This document shows positions 51,587-61,326 of a stretch of 64,000 bases of DNA, piece by piece (the first letter of the stretch is position 1; each line of letters opens with the position of its first letter). Made by a program: the position numbers and the translations under genes. The notes beneath the pieces were generated by a model that saw only the letters and a list, made by a program, of their open reading frames with translations, made no database searches and was not told where the DNA came from. The DNA is from Gammaproteobacteria bacterium (lineage in GTDB: Bacteria > Pseudomonadota > Gammaproteobacteria > Ga0077536): the NCBI GenBank assembly GCA_963662545.2, contig CAXXLL010000002.1, forward strand, positions 1,184,001 through 1,248,000, read 5' to 3'.

Positions 51587-52279
51587 TTAGCCAAGCTGAT
51601 AACCACGCCCGGCGAGACACGTGGACCATGCGCGCCGGTAGTCCTGACCCGCGCCATCGTCTGCGACCGGATAGACCGTCGTTGCGGTCGGAGCCTGATT
51701 ATTGTTGGCTTGCCCAATCAGCCCGGCAAGCAGGCCCACGGCGGCGCCAACCGCGGCGCCGACACCCAGATCGCCCGCTAAGGCGCCACCCGCGGCACCC
51801 AGGGCGGCGCCACCCACGATACCGGTCACCGGATCATCGGGCAGTCCGTCCGGTGGCGGCGGAACACTTACGACCGTGCTTGCCCCAGTGCCGCGACCAG
51901 TCGGATCGTAGCTCGTTTGCTGCACTGCCCAGCGGTGGCATTCAAATTCATCTTGCGCCTGCTGCTCGACACCCTGGCCGCGTTGCGGATAGACGAAAAG
52001 GCGTTGCGCCTCAGGTTCGGCCTGCGCCGCCACGATTACGCTGCGTCCACGATAGGGCCAGTAATCATAGCCGTACCCATATCCAAAATGCGGATAATGA
52101 TGGCCGGAAAAAATCGATATTGATGGTCCGTAGTGGTGTCCGCCATGCCATCCATGATGATAGCCGCGGGCATTTGCGGCACCCGCGACGATCATCAGTA
52201 CACTTGCGACAAGGCCGATCAGTGGGGCTTTAAGGCGGCTGGCGTATGATTTAGAGCGCTCGAATGTATCCATAAGCAT
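51587..52279 (-). CDS. Exported glycine-zipper domain protein
   Basis: VYPQRGQ..QQAQDEFECHRWA, GAALGAAGGA zipper and CLAGRGY motifs. Confidence 0.8.
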   Translation of the reverse strand: MLMDTFERSKSYASRLKAPLIGLVASVLMIVAGAANARGYHHGWHGGHHYGPSISIFSGHHYPHFGYGYGYDYWPYRGRSVIVAAQAEPEAQRLFVYPQRGQGVEQQAQDEFECHRWAVQQTSYDPTGRGTGASTVVSVPPPPDGLPDDPVTGIVGGAALGAAGGALAGDLGVGAAVGAAVGLLAGLIGQANNNQAPTATTVYPVADDGAGQDYRRAWSTCLAGRGYQLG

Positions 52280-52363
52280 CTCCTTATAGCGATTATTACA
52301 ACTGCGCTTATCCGAAGCCTACGAGCTTGGACCGCGCGGCGGTTCTAATGCGCATTACATAGA

Positions 52364-52813
52364 CTATTCCTCGGGCCTGAAATTGCGATGGCGGTGCGCC
52401 ATTTTCTCGCGTTGCTCAGGCGTCAAAAGCTGCTCGATTTCGTAGCGCTTACGCGCATGCAGGATCATCATTTCCGTGAGCACCCCGCTTTGGTTTTCGA
52501 CCGCCTCGCGGACAGCGGCCTCATCAAATTCGTCGGCCTCGATCAATTCGCGCATGGATTTGTGCCCTTCCTTCATTTGTTGCACGTAAGGCTGAATCCT
52601 TTTGCGGTTGTCATCGGCAATGCGTTCGAGATCGCTACGCTGCAGCTCGCTAAGACCGAGTTCGGTGGCCATGCGTTCGATGTAGCGCGAACCGCCACCG
52701 AATCCGCCGCCAAAGTGCGGGGGGGCGGCCCATGCGATACCCGCTCCAGTCAGGATCACACCGGCCACGAACAATGGGCTAAGCAGCGTGGATCGATTTA
52801 TCCTATATGCCAT
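52364..52813 (-). CDS. Spy/CpxP family periplasmic chaperone
   Basis: Signal peptide, LGLSELQ and LLTPEQ motifs; divergent from a two-component pair. Confidence 0.85.
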   Translation of the reverse strand: MAYRINRSTLLSPLFVAGVILTGAGIAWAAPPHFGGGFGGGSRYIERMATELGLSELQRSDLERIADDNRKRIQPYVQQMKEGHKSMRELIEADEFDEAAVREAVENQSGVLTEMMILHARKRYEIEQLLTPEQREKMAHRHRNFRPEE

Positions 52814-53060
52814 TATGAGACTCCCGAGTGCGACTAACGTTCCGGAACCCACCTTGTCCCAAACTGTTTCAAGCATAGTGGTCTGAAATCTGGGAGTAAA
52901 TATGAAGGGGCCAGGTCGCGACACCTGATCGCGCACGCGGCGGATGACCGGAATGTGTAGAAACTGTGCAGATTCTGAGTAGATCGTGAAAATTCCTTGA
53001 TCGCACAGCGGTCCGTAACGCACCATCGCGCTTGGTTTATGACAATAAGGATACGCGCCA

Positions 53061-54465
53061 ATGCGCGTCAGACTATTTCACAAACTGTTTGCCGCCATCG
53101 TCATCGCGAGCCTGGCCAGCATAGGCTTTCTCGCCGTCACCGTGCGTTGGCATCTGGATAGCGGCTTTGAACGGTATCTCAACTACGAGCGTAACCTCCA
53201 CCTTGCAGAACTTGCGGCGCAACTCGTTCGGCACTATGAGCGGCACGGCAATTGGATGGCTTTCCACAATGCGCCCGACACCTGGCGCTGGATCGTGTTC
53301 GGATCACATCGCAAAGCGCTCGACCGCGATGACGAAAGCGCGTCGCGTGGCCCTTCTTCGTTTCATCTGCAACGATTACTGGGGACGAGGAAATTTACGC
53401 TTTACGATACCGACCATGTAATAGTTGCGGGTGGCTTACGCTTTACCGAAAGCGCCCGAGTACTGCCCATTGAGTTTGGCAACCGCACGGTCGGCTGGCT
53501 CGGAGCGCCACCGTATGCCGGGCCCGTGTCTGCACGCGATGTCCGCTTCGTGCAGCGCCAGGTCCAACTCCTCTCGACGGGGGCTGGCATTGCGTGCGTC
53601 CTGTCGATTGGAGTTGCGTTCTTCACGGCTCGACGTCTCGCCGCGCCAATCGAGCAGATTGGCCACGGTGCACGCCAACTCGCCGACGGCGATTTCGAAA
53701 CCCGCCTACCACCGTTAGGCCGTGACGAGATCGGTCAACTCGCCGATGACTTCAATGTTCTTGCCCGCACGCTACAGCACAACGAGTCGGAACGCAGGCG
53801 ATGGTTCGCCGATATCTCACACGAGCTGCGTACCCCCCCTCGCCATCATGCGTGGTGAAATCGATGCGGTGCATGACGGTGTACGGCCGAACGATCAACG
53901 ATTGATAGAATCACTCGGACATGAAACGCAGCGCCTTGAGCAGCTTATAGAGGACCTTTACCACCTCGCGCGTGCCGACCTAGGCACGCTCGATTATGAG
54001 TTTGCCCCGTGTTCGCCAGGCGCCATTATTACGCAGGCCCTGAACAGCTTCGCGCACCGCTTTGAGCAGACCGGGCTGAGCTACAATTACGATATCGATT
54101 CGCGCCTCGAGATCACCGGGGACAGCCGTCGCTTGTCGCAATTAGTCGACAATATTCTGGAAAATTGCTGCCGCTACGTCACTACACCCGGCCAGATCCA
54201 GGTTACGTTAAGCCGCATCGACGACGCGGCTGAAATACGCATCGAAGACAGCGGCCCGGGCGTTGCCGCCGATGAGTTCGACGATTTATTCAAGCCGTTC
54301 ACCCGCATTGAAAGCTCGCGCAACCGTTGCTTCGGTGGTTCGGGGCTCGGCCTCGCGATATGTCAACGCGTCGTCACCGCGCACGGTGGCAACATTACCG
54401 CCGCGCGCTCGGACTTTGGGGGCCTGGCGCTCATCATCCGTCTCCCACTTAGCGACGTAAACTAA
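53061..54465 (+). pseudogene. BaeS/CpxA-like sensor histidine kinase with a +1 frameshift in a C7 run (53833-53839)
   Basis: HAMP, DISHELRTP|LAIMRGE split across frames, N-box, DSGPG and GGSGLGLAI motifs. Confidence 0.8.
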
Positions 54466-54467
54466 TC

Positions 54468-55139
54468 ATGCATATACTCATCGTCGAAGACGAGGCCAAG
54501 ATTGCCGATCTACTCGCTGACTACCTCAAAGCCGCCGGTATGCGCACCACTATCATCAACGACGGTGCGGCCGCTACCGACGCAATCCGAGATCACCAGC
54601 CCGATCTCGTTCTGCTCGACGTCATGCTGCCGCACAAGGACGGCATGTCGGTCTGTCGTGAGGTGCGCGCCAAGAGCAATGTGCCCATCATCATGTTGAC
54701 TGCGCGCGGGGAGGAAATCGATCGGCTGCTCGGCCTCGAACTCGGCGCTGACGACTATGTCTGCAAGCCGTTTAGCCCGCGTGAAGTGGTTGCCCGAGTC
54801 AAAGCGATCCTGCGCCGGGTTGGGAAGGCAGCGCAGGATAACACTACGACGCCGCTGATCGAAATTGACGATTTCCGCATGCGCGTTGAACTCAACGGCG
54901 CACGCGTCGACCTGACTCCAGTTGAATTCAAACTATTGCAGGCGCTCGCGCGCCATGTGGGCCGCGTTTATCGCCGTGACGAGTTACTCGACGTAATTTA
55001 CGATGACTTTCGCGACGTCTCCGATCGCACCGTCGACAGCCACATCAAAAACCTGCGCCGAAAACTCGGCCAAGCGCTGCCGAGCCATCCGCTCATCCAT
55101 TCCGTCTACGGTATTGGCTATAAGCTTGAACTAAACTAA
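54468..55139 (+). CDS. OmpR-family response regulator (BaeR-like)
   Basis: LLDVMLP, GADDYVCKPFSPRE, RTVDSHIKNLRRK and VYGIGY motifs. Confidence 0.93.
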   Translation: MHILIVEDEAKIADLLADYLKAAGMRTTIINDGAAATDAIRDHQPDLVLLDVMLPHKDGMSVCREVRAKSNVPIIMLTARGEEIDRLLGLELGADDYVCKPFSPREVVARVKAILRRVGKAAQDNTTTPLIEIDDFRMRVELNGARVDLTPVEFKLLQALARHVGRVYRRDELLDVIYDDFRDVSDRTVDSHIKNLRRKLGQALPSHPLIHSVYGIGYKLELN

Positions 55140-55147
55140 GGTACCTC

Positions 55148-55222
55148 GAGGAAAAGGAGGAAAAAGGACGAGGAAAAAGGGACGGAGGGATTAAAAATTA
55201 ATCCCTCCGTCCCTTTTTCCTC
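55148..55222. repeat. Perfect 25-bp palindrome with stuttered left arm
   Basis: GAGGAAAAAGGGACGGAGGGATTAA-AAA-TTAATCCCTCCGTCCCTTTTTCCTC, preceded by GAGGAAAAG and GAGGAAAAAGGAC. Confidence 0.85.
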
Positions 55223-55275
55223 TTTTCCATCGAATTACGTAACCGGGACAGCATAGACCTCGAGGTCCGAATCGC

Positions 55276-57597
55276 TCAAGCGCCCGGCAGCCGCAGCACG
55301 TGCTTCGCGAGAATATTTCGTTGGATCTCGTTCGAGCCGGCGTATATCGTCGCCGGCCGCGCGTTGTAGAACTGGCTCAGGACGTCGATCTCGGCGCCGT
55401 TAAAATCGATCTTGCCCACGGTCGCGCCGCCGGATCCGGCGGCGTCCAGCATCAATTCACTCAGTCGCGCGAACGTTTCCGTCGCCCAGATCTTGAGCAG
55501 TGATACATCGGGCCCCAGCGTCTCACCGCGCCGCACGATGTCGGCGAAGTGCTTATAGGTCGTCTCCAGATCGAGCACGTCGAGCTTGAGGCGATTGAGC
55601 TTGTCCGTAAACGCGGCGTTCTCGTAAAGTCCACAGGCCATCGCCATCGCCTCCAAGCGGTTGAGCACGTACTGGGACTGCTTGGGGCTGCCCAGGAAGA
55701 TGCGCTCGAATCCGAGCAGCGCCTTAGCGATCGTCCAGCCCTGATTGATCTCTCCGACCAGGCAGTCCGCGGCCACGCGCACGTCGTCCAGGAAAACCTC
55801 GCAGAACTCCTCGTGTCCCGCGAGATTGCGGATGGGACGTATCGTCACGCCCGGCTGGTTGAGATCGATTAAGAAGAAGCTGATCCCTTCCTGTTGCTTG
55901 CCTTCCTTGGATGTGCGTACGAGGCAGAACATGTGGGTCGCGTCCTGCGCGAGCGTCGTCCAGGTCTTCTGGCCGTTGACCACGAACTCGTCGCCGTCGC
56001 GCACTGCCTCGGTCTTGAGGCTGGCGAGATCCGATCCTGCGTTCGGTTCTGAATAACCCTGACACCAGATCTCCTCGCCCGCGAGGATCGTCGGCAGGAA
56101 ACGCGCGCACTGCTCGGATGTCCCGTGGTTGATCAACAACGGGCCCACCATCTGGATCCCCATATCCGGCGCGCGTGCGATCCCGAGGCGTTCCTGTTCT
56201 TCGTAATAGATGAGGAGTTTCGTCGGTGACAAGCCCATGCCGCCGTGTTCGACGGGCCAGGCGGGCGCAACCCAGCCTTTCGCCGATAGCTTTAAGTACC
56301 AGGGCTTGATCTCGTGCCAGCGTGGCCGCCGCGAGGGATGGCGCATGTCGGCGGGGTATTCACTTTCGAACCAGCGGCGCACGAGGGCGCGAAAGGCGTC
56401 GTCCGAGAGGGCATTCCAATCGCTGTCGGGGGGGTCGACGACGACGGTACCGGGTGCGGACTGATCTTCGCGCCGGTCGTCCGCCTTGACGAGGTCGCCG
56501 AGGCGCCGGCAGTGAAACGTCCCGTTGCCATAGCGCGCCGCAAGCACCAACGCACGATTGAGATACAGGCCGACGTCGCATTCATCGGTATAACCGATCC
56601 CGCCGTGCATCTGCACGGCCTGCCGCGCGATCTGGAGCGCTGCTTCACCCGCACGGTATTTGGCACGGCTCGCGGCGCGGGCGCGCGTTGCGTCGTCGGT
56701 GGCGCCATCGAATAAGGTGAGACATTCCTCGATGACCGACTGGGCCATCGTTTTCTGGATGTAGAGATCGACGGCCCGGTGCTGCAGCGCTTGGAAGCTG
56801 CCGATGGCGTGGCCAAATTGTTCGCGCGTGCGGAGATACTCGAGTGTTATCTCCAACAACGCCTCAGCCAATCCGACGAGGTAAGCACTGGCGGCGAGCC
56901 GCGCCGATTCGCGAGTGCGCGCGATTGCAATATCTGCTTCTGCACCGCGTATCAAGACGTCCGCGAGGTCGCATGTCGCGCCTGCGAAGACGACATCGCC
57001 GGATGTGCTGCCATCGGCGAGCGTCCGCGACGCAACGCGGACGCCGCTTGTCCCGGCGGCGATGTATACGATCGCGGGTTCGTCGTCGATCTGGACGGGC
57101 ACGATGAATCCGTCTGCATCAGGCGCGAAGGGGAGATCGTTCGCCGTGCCATCGAGGCGCAAGCCCCGCCCTTCAGCAACGGCCTGAATGCCCTTCGTCG
57201 TGCCGGATGGGGCTTCTCCGCTTTCCATCAGGGCGAGCGTGACGAGCGCCGCACCGCTTACGACCCGCGCGAGAATTTCATCGCTACCTGGCGTTGCGGC
57301 CATCGCTAGGAGCGCCGCGGACGCGGATGATTCGATCATCGGCTCGGGCGCAACCACGCGCCCGAGCTGGCGACAGATGGCCCCGAGCGCGGCGGTGCCG
57401 AGTCCCAGACCCTGTGCATTTTCGGGAACGGTCACCGATGCCCATCCGAGACCGCACATATCGCGCCAGGCGTTTCCATCGAAGGCGGGCGCCGCGCCGC
57501 GGAGCGCCCGCAGGCGTCCGACGTCGAGCGAGCGCCGGCAGAAGTCTTCCGCGCTGTCGCGGAGCATGTCGATGGTTTGCTGATCGGTTGTGCTCAT
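55276..57597 (-). CDS. Two-domain (fused) acyl-CoA dehydrogenase
   Basis: First domain REQFGHAIGSFQALQH and HGGIGYT; second domain WCQGYSEPNAGSDLA and TIYAGSNEIQRN; start MSTTDQ. Confidence 0.9.
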   Translation of the reverse strand: MSTTDQQTIDMLRDSAEDFCRRSLDVGRLRALRGAAPAFDGNAWRDMCGLGWASVTVPENAQGLGLGTAALGAICRQLGRVVAPEPMIESSASAALLAMAATPGSDEILARVVSGAALVTLALMESGEAPSGTTKGIQAVAEGRGLRLDGTANDLPFAPDADGFIVPVQIDDEPAIVYIAAGTSGVRVASRTLADGSTSGDVVFAGATCDLADVLIRGAEADIAIARTRESARLAASAYLVGLAEALLEITLEYLRTREQFGHAIGSFQALQHRAVDLYIQKTMAQSVIEECLTLFDGATDDATRARAASRAKYRAGEAALQIARQAVQMHGGIGYTDECDVGLYLNRALVLAARYGNGTFHCRRLGDLVKADDRREDQSAPGTVVVDPPDSDWNALSDDAFRALVRRWFESEYPADMRHPSRRPRWHEIKPWYLKLSAKGWVAPAWPVEHGGMGLSPTKLLIYYEEQERLGIARAPDMGIQMVGPLLINHGTSEQCARFLPTILAGEEIWCQGYSEPNAGSDLASLKTEAVRDGDEFVVNGQKTWTTLAQDATHMFCLVRTSKEGKQQEGISFFLIDLNQPGVTIRPIRNLAGHEEFCEVFLDDVRVAADCLVGEINQGWTIAKALLGFERIFLGSPKQSQYVLNRLEAMAMACGLYENAAFTDKLNRLKLDVLDLETTYKHFADIVRRGETLGPDVSLLKIWATETFARLSELMLDAAGSGGATVGKIDFNGAEIDVLSQFYNARPATIYAGSNEIQRNILAKHVLRLPGA

Positions 57598-57636
57598 GTC
57601 TTCTGCTTGATCATTCTCTTGTGACTCGAAATCCGG

Positions 57637-57697
57637 TTCGCGCGCAAGCGCGCTCCTACGGTGGCTCCCGTCGGGTAGGAGCGCGCTTGCGCGCAAA
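57637..57697. repeat. GTAG-type REP doublet (REPIN-like)
   Basis: TTCGCGCGCAAGCGCGCTCCTAC ... GTAGGAGCGCGCTTGCGCGCAAA. Confidence 0.85.
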
Positions 57698-57889
57698 TAA
57701 GCCATTTGTTGTGATCGCCCGCGTCGATATCCCCTCGTTGTTTCTAAAGACAATAATGCCTGCCCGCAATCAAGTAAATGCCTGTCCGTGGCGAATGGCG
57801 CGGTGCCACACCGAAGATTTGTTAGCATTACCGGGCCCGCCACGAGGCATGCGGAATGGCCCAGGGCACCGCAGCCAGGAGAAACAAGC

Positions 57890-58666
57890 TTGAACCCGGA
57901 ATTCGTCAAACTCGACCTCATCGAGGACTTCATCGCACTCGTTCAATTCGCCAACCCGCCGGTTAATGCGCACAGCCAACCGTTGCTTGAGGAGATCACC
58001 GCGACCTTCGATACGGTCAGTGACCGTGACGATATCCGTGTCGTCGTGTTGAGCGGGGAGGGCAAGGTGTTCTGTGCCGGAGCCGACATTAAGGAACGGG
58101 TCGGCACCGAGCCGCAGCACGGCGATCACTGGCATCGCAGCCGACGCGCGCGAGAGGCCTACCACAGCATCATGGAATGCAGAAAGCCGGTCATCGGTGC
58201 GCTCAACGGGCCGGCACTCGGCGGCGGGCTGGCGTTCGCGGCGTCCTGCGACATCCTGATAGCGAGCGAAAGCGGTTGCCTCGGGCTTCCGGAAATCGAC
58301 GTGGGGCTCCTCGGCGGCGGGCGCCATGCGCAGCGCCTGTTCGGCCATTCACGGTTGCGGCGCATGATGTTGACGGGGATGCGCGTCTACGGCCCGGATT
58401 TATATCGGCTCGGTATAGTTGAAGCCTGTGTGCCGCCCGAAGATCTCATGGATGCCGCGCTTGGCATCGCACGGGAGATCGCCGCCAAGAGCCCGCTGGC
58501 AGTCAAGCTCGCCAAGCACGCGCTCAATCAGATCGAGGAAATGAGCCTGCGCGACGGCTATCGGTTTGAACAGACCATGACCGGTGAGCTCGGCCAGACG
58601 GAAGATTCGAAAGAGGCGATGCGCGCGTTCGTAGAGAAGCGTGCGCCGGTGTATACCGGGCGGTGA
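57890..58666 (+). CDS. Enoyl-CoA hydratase/isomerase
   Basis: FCAGADI, ALGGG, LPEIDVG and AFVEKRAP motifs; TTG start with AGGAG RBS. Confidence 0.9.
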   Translation: MNPEFVKLDLIEDFIALVQFANPPVNAHSQPLLEEITATFDTVSDRDDIRVVVLSGEGKVFCAGADIKERVGTEPQHGDHWHRSRRAREAYHSIMECRKPVIGALNGPALGGGLAFAASCDILIASESGCLGLPEIDVGLLGGGRHAQRLFGHSRLRRMMLTGMRVYGPDLYRLGIVEACVPPEDLMDAALGIAREIAAKSPLAVKLAKHALNQIEEMSLRDGYRFEQTMTGELGQTEDSKEAMRAFVEKRAPVYTGR

Positions 58667-58746
58667 TCGAATAGCGGGAGCGCCTGCGCCCGCCTCGCCA
58701 ACAGGCTTATAATCGGACCGTCGTTCAGGCGAAATGGAGGCGTCTA

Positions 58747-59838
58747 ATGGCCAGCCTGTATCACGATTCACTGTATCCGGTACGCGATAAGCTCGACGAA
58801 GCCCATCGTGACATCGTCGTATCGTTGTCGCGGCCCGGCACGTGGTGGTCGGGCGCGGAGCGCGCCGCTCTCGCAGAAAGCGTGCGCAAGGCGCGGCGCG
58901 ATGCCGGTATTCAGGACGATGCGCCGGAACCTGCGAGCGAGCTTGCTGAGGTGCCGGATAGCGCGCGCCGTGTGGTGAGCAAGATCGCGGTTTCGCCGGA
59001 AACCATCGATCGCTCGTTGCTCGACGACGCCCTGGCCGATGGTCTCGGCGAGGAAGCTTACGTGGAAGCAGTTGCTATTGCCGTACGCCTTTCGAACGTC
59101 GACGATTTCGCGCGCGGCCTCGGGGTCGAAGCGCCCGCCTTGCCACCCGTCGTAGCAGGTGAACCGTCGCGGGTGCGGCCCGCCGAAGCGGTCGACGAAG
59201 GTGCGTGGCTGCCGACGATCCCGAGCGGCGAGGCGGGCGGCGAGACGGGTAAGCGCCTATACGGGAAGGAATGGGCCGCGAACATATTGCGTGCGCTGAG
59301 CCTGGTGCCAGACGAATGCGCATCGATCATCGCGTTGGAGGACGTCCAGTACCGCTCCGTGAAGACGATCATGGACTTCGATTTTACCCACGATCCCGCC
59401 ATAGCGCGCTCCCAGGTCGAGCTCGTCGCCGCGCGGGTGTCCGCGCTGAACACCTGTTTCTACTGAACCAGCTGGCACGTGATGCTGCTCCGGGAGAGCG
59501 GCCAGGCGAAGGCAAAGCACTATGAACTCCAAGGCGTTACCGATCGATCGCTCGAAACGGGAGTAGAAAACGAAGATGTCCTGCTTGCATACGCCGAAGC
59601 ATTCTGGAACAAAGACCGTGGCGTACTCGACCGCGCGCGCGCGGCGCTTGCCGAACGAATGGGCGCGGGCGCTGTCGTCGAGGCGGCGATCACGGTCGCC
59701 AATTTCGGCATGGTGGACCGAATTGCCAATTCGATCGGGATCCCGCTCGACGCCATGGCTGTTTCGGCCACCAGCGATTTCCGCGCCGTACTCGGCATTG
59801 ATCAGTTCCCTTCCGCGCGCAATACGCTACCAGCGTAA
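58747..59838 (+). CDS. AhpD/CMD-like selenoprotein (U240, CxxU), directly upstream of selA
   Basis: RSQVELVAARVSALNTCFY-TGA(59464-59466)-TSWHVMLLRESG in frame with the downstream helical domain; SECIS-like hairpin 59484-59502. Confidence 0.8.
59484..59502 (+). promoter_or_regulatory. Putative SECIS element of the AhpD-like selenoprotein
   Basis: GCUGCUC-CGGGA-GAGCGGC stem with one G-U pair; loop begins 24 nt after the UGA. Confidence 0.65.
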
Positions 59839-59895
59839 ACCTGACGGCGACGGTCGCGGTACGCGGCGGCAGATTCACGCCGTGACAGTGGGCCT

Positions 59896-61326
59896 ATGAG
59901 CATGAACCGCACGAAAAACGAATTGCTGCGGGCGGTGCCTTCGATCGACGAACTGCTGCGCATCGAGCCCGGCGAAGCGCTGGCGGAACGCTACGGTCGC
60001 GAACTGACGACCAGCGTGCTGCGCGAGGTGGCCGATAACGTGCGTGCGGCGCTCGTCAAGCGCGGCGAAGCAGAGCTTGACGAGGCGGCACCGGAAGCGA
60101 TGGTCGAAGCCGCTGCCGACCGGATTGTCGTGCTACTCGAACCCCGTCTCAAACCGGTTTTCAACCTCACCGGCACGGTGCTGCATACCAATCTCGGCCG
60201 CGCGCCGCTGCCGGTCGAAGCGATCGCGGCGATGACGACAGTCGCGCGCGGCGGTAGCAACCTTGAATACGATCTCGACACTGGACGCCGCGGCGATCGC
60301 GACACGCACCTCGAAGACTGGATCTGCCGCCTGACGGGAGCCGAGGCGGCGACCGTGGTCAACAACAACGCGGCGGCTGTGTTGCTGCTGCTGAATACAC
60401 TCGCGCGCCGCAAAGAGGTGCCAGTGTCGCGCGGCGAACTGGTGGAGATCGGCGGCGCATTTCGGATCCCCGACGTCATGGCGCGCGCCGGTTCAAAATT
60501 GGTGGAAGTCGGCTCGACCAACCGCACCCACCTGGCCGATTACGACCACGCGCTGAATGATCGCACGGCACTGGTGATGAAAGTGCACACGAGCAACTAC
60601 GTCATCGAGGGATTCACTGCCGAGGTCACGGTGAAGGATCTGGCGGCTCGGGCGCATGCCCATGACATTCCCATGGCCGTCGATCTCGGCAGCGGCACTT
60701 TGGTTGACCTCACCCGCTACGGTCTGCCACGAGAGCCCACGGTAGTCGAGACCCTGGCCGACGGCGCCGATCTCGTGACCTTCAGCGGTGACAAGCTGTT
60801 GGGTGGACCGCAATCCGGCATCATCGCGGGGCGCCGTGACCTCGTTCGCCGCATCAAGCGGAACCCGATGAAGCGCGCACTGCGTGTCGACAAGTTGACC
60901 ATCGCGGCGCTGGCGGCGGTCTTGCGACTGTACGCAGATCCCGCGCGCTTAACCGAGCGCCTGCCGGCGCTGCGTTTGCTGACACGGACCGCCGACGAAA
61001 TCGAGACGCTTGCCCGGCATCTCGTGCCGGTCCTCCAAATCGCGGTTGGCGACAAAGCAAAGGTCAACGCCGTTCCCTGCAAGAGCCAGATCGGTAGTGG
61101 TGCCCTGCCGGTCGATCTCTTAGCGAGCTTTGCATTGCGGGTCGAACTGCCCGCCGCCCGCGGCCGCGCGATCGAACGCCTGGCACAAGCGTTTCGCCGC
61201 CTGCCCATACCCGTGATCGGCCGCATCGACGATGGCGCTTTCGTCATGGATCTCCGCTGTCTCGATGATGAGCGCCGCTTCATCGAGCAACTGCGCGACG
61301 TGAGCCACTCGAACCCGCTCGCATGA
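59896..61326 (+). CDS. selA: L-seryl-tRNA(Sec) selenium transferase
   Basis: [38 protein letters not shown] and [11 protein letters not shown] motifs. Confidence 0.97.
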   Translation: MSMNRTKNELLRAVPSIDELLRIEPGEALAERYGRELTTSVLREVADNVRAALVKRGEAELDEAAPEAMVEAAADRIVVLLEPRLKPVFNLTGTVLHTNLGRAPLPVEAIAAMTTVARGGSNLEYDLDTGRRGDRDTHLEDWICRLTGAEAATVVNNNAAAVLLLLNTLARRKEVPVSRGELVEIGGAFRIPDVMARAGSKLVEVGSTNRTHLADYDHALNDRTALVMKVHTSNYVIEGFTAEVTVKDLAARAHAHDIPMAVDLGSGTLVDLTRYGLPREPTVVETLADGADLVTFSGDKLLGGPQSGIIAGRRDLVRRIKRNPMKRALRVDKLTIAALAAVLRLYADPARLTERLPALRLLTRTADEIETLARHLVPVLQIAVGDKAKVNAVPCKSQIGSGALPVDLLASFALRVELPAARGRAIERLAQAFRRLPIPVIGRIDDGAFVMDLRCLDDERRFIEQLRDVSHSNPLA

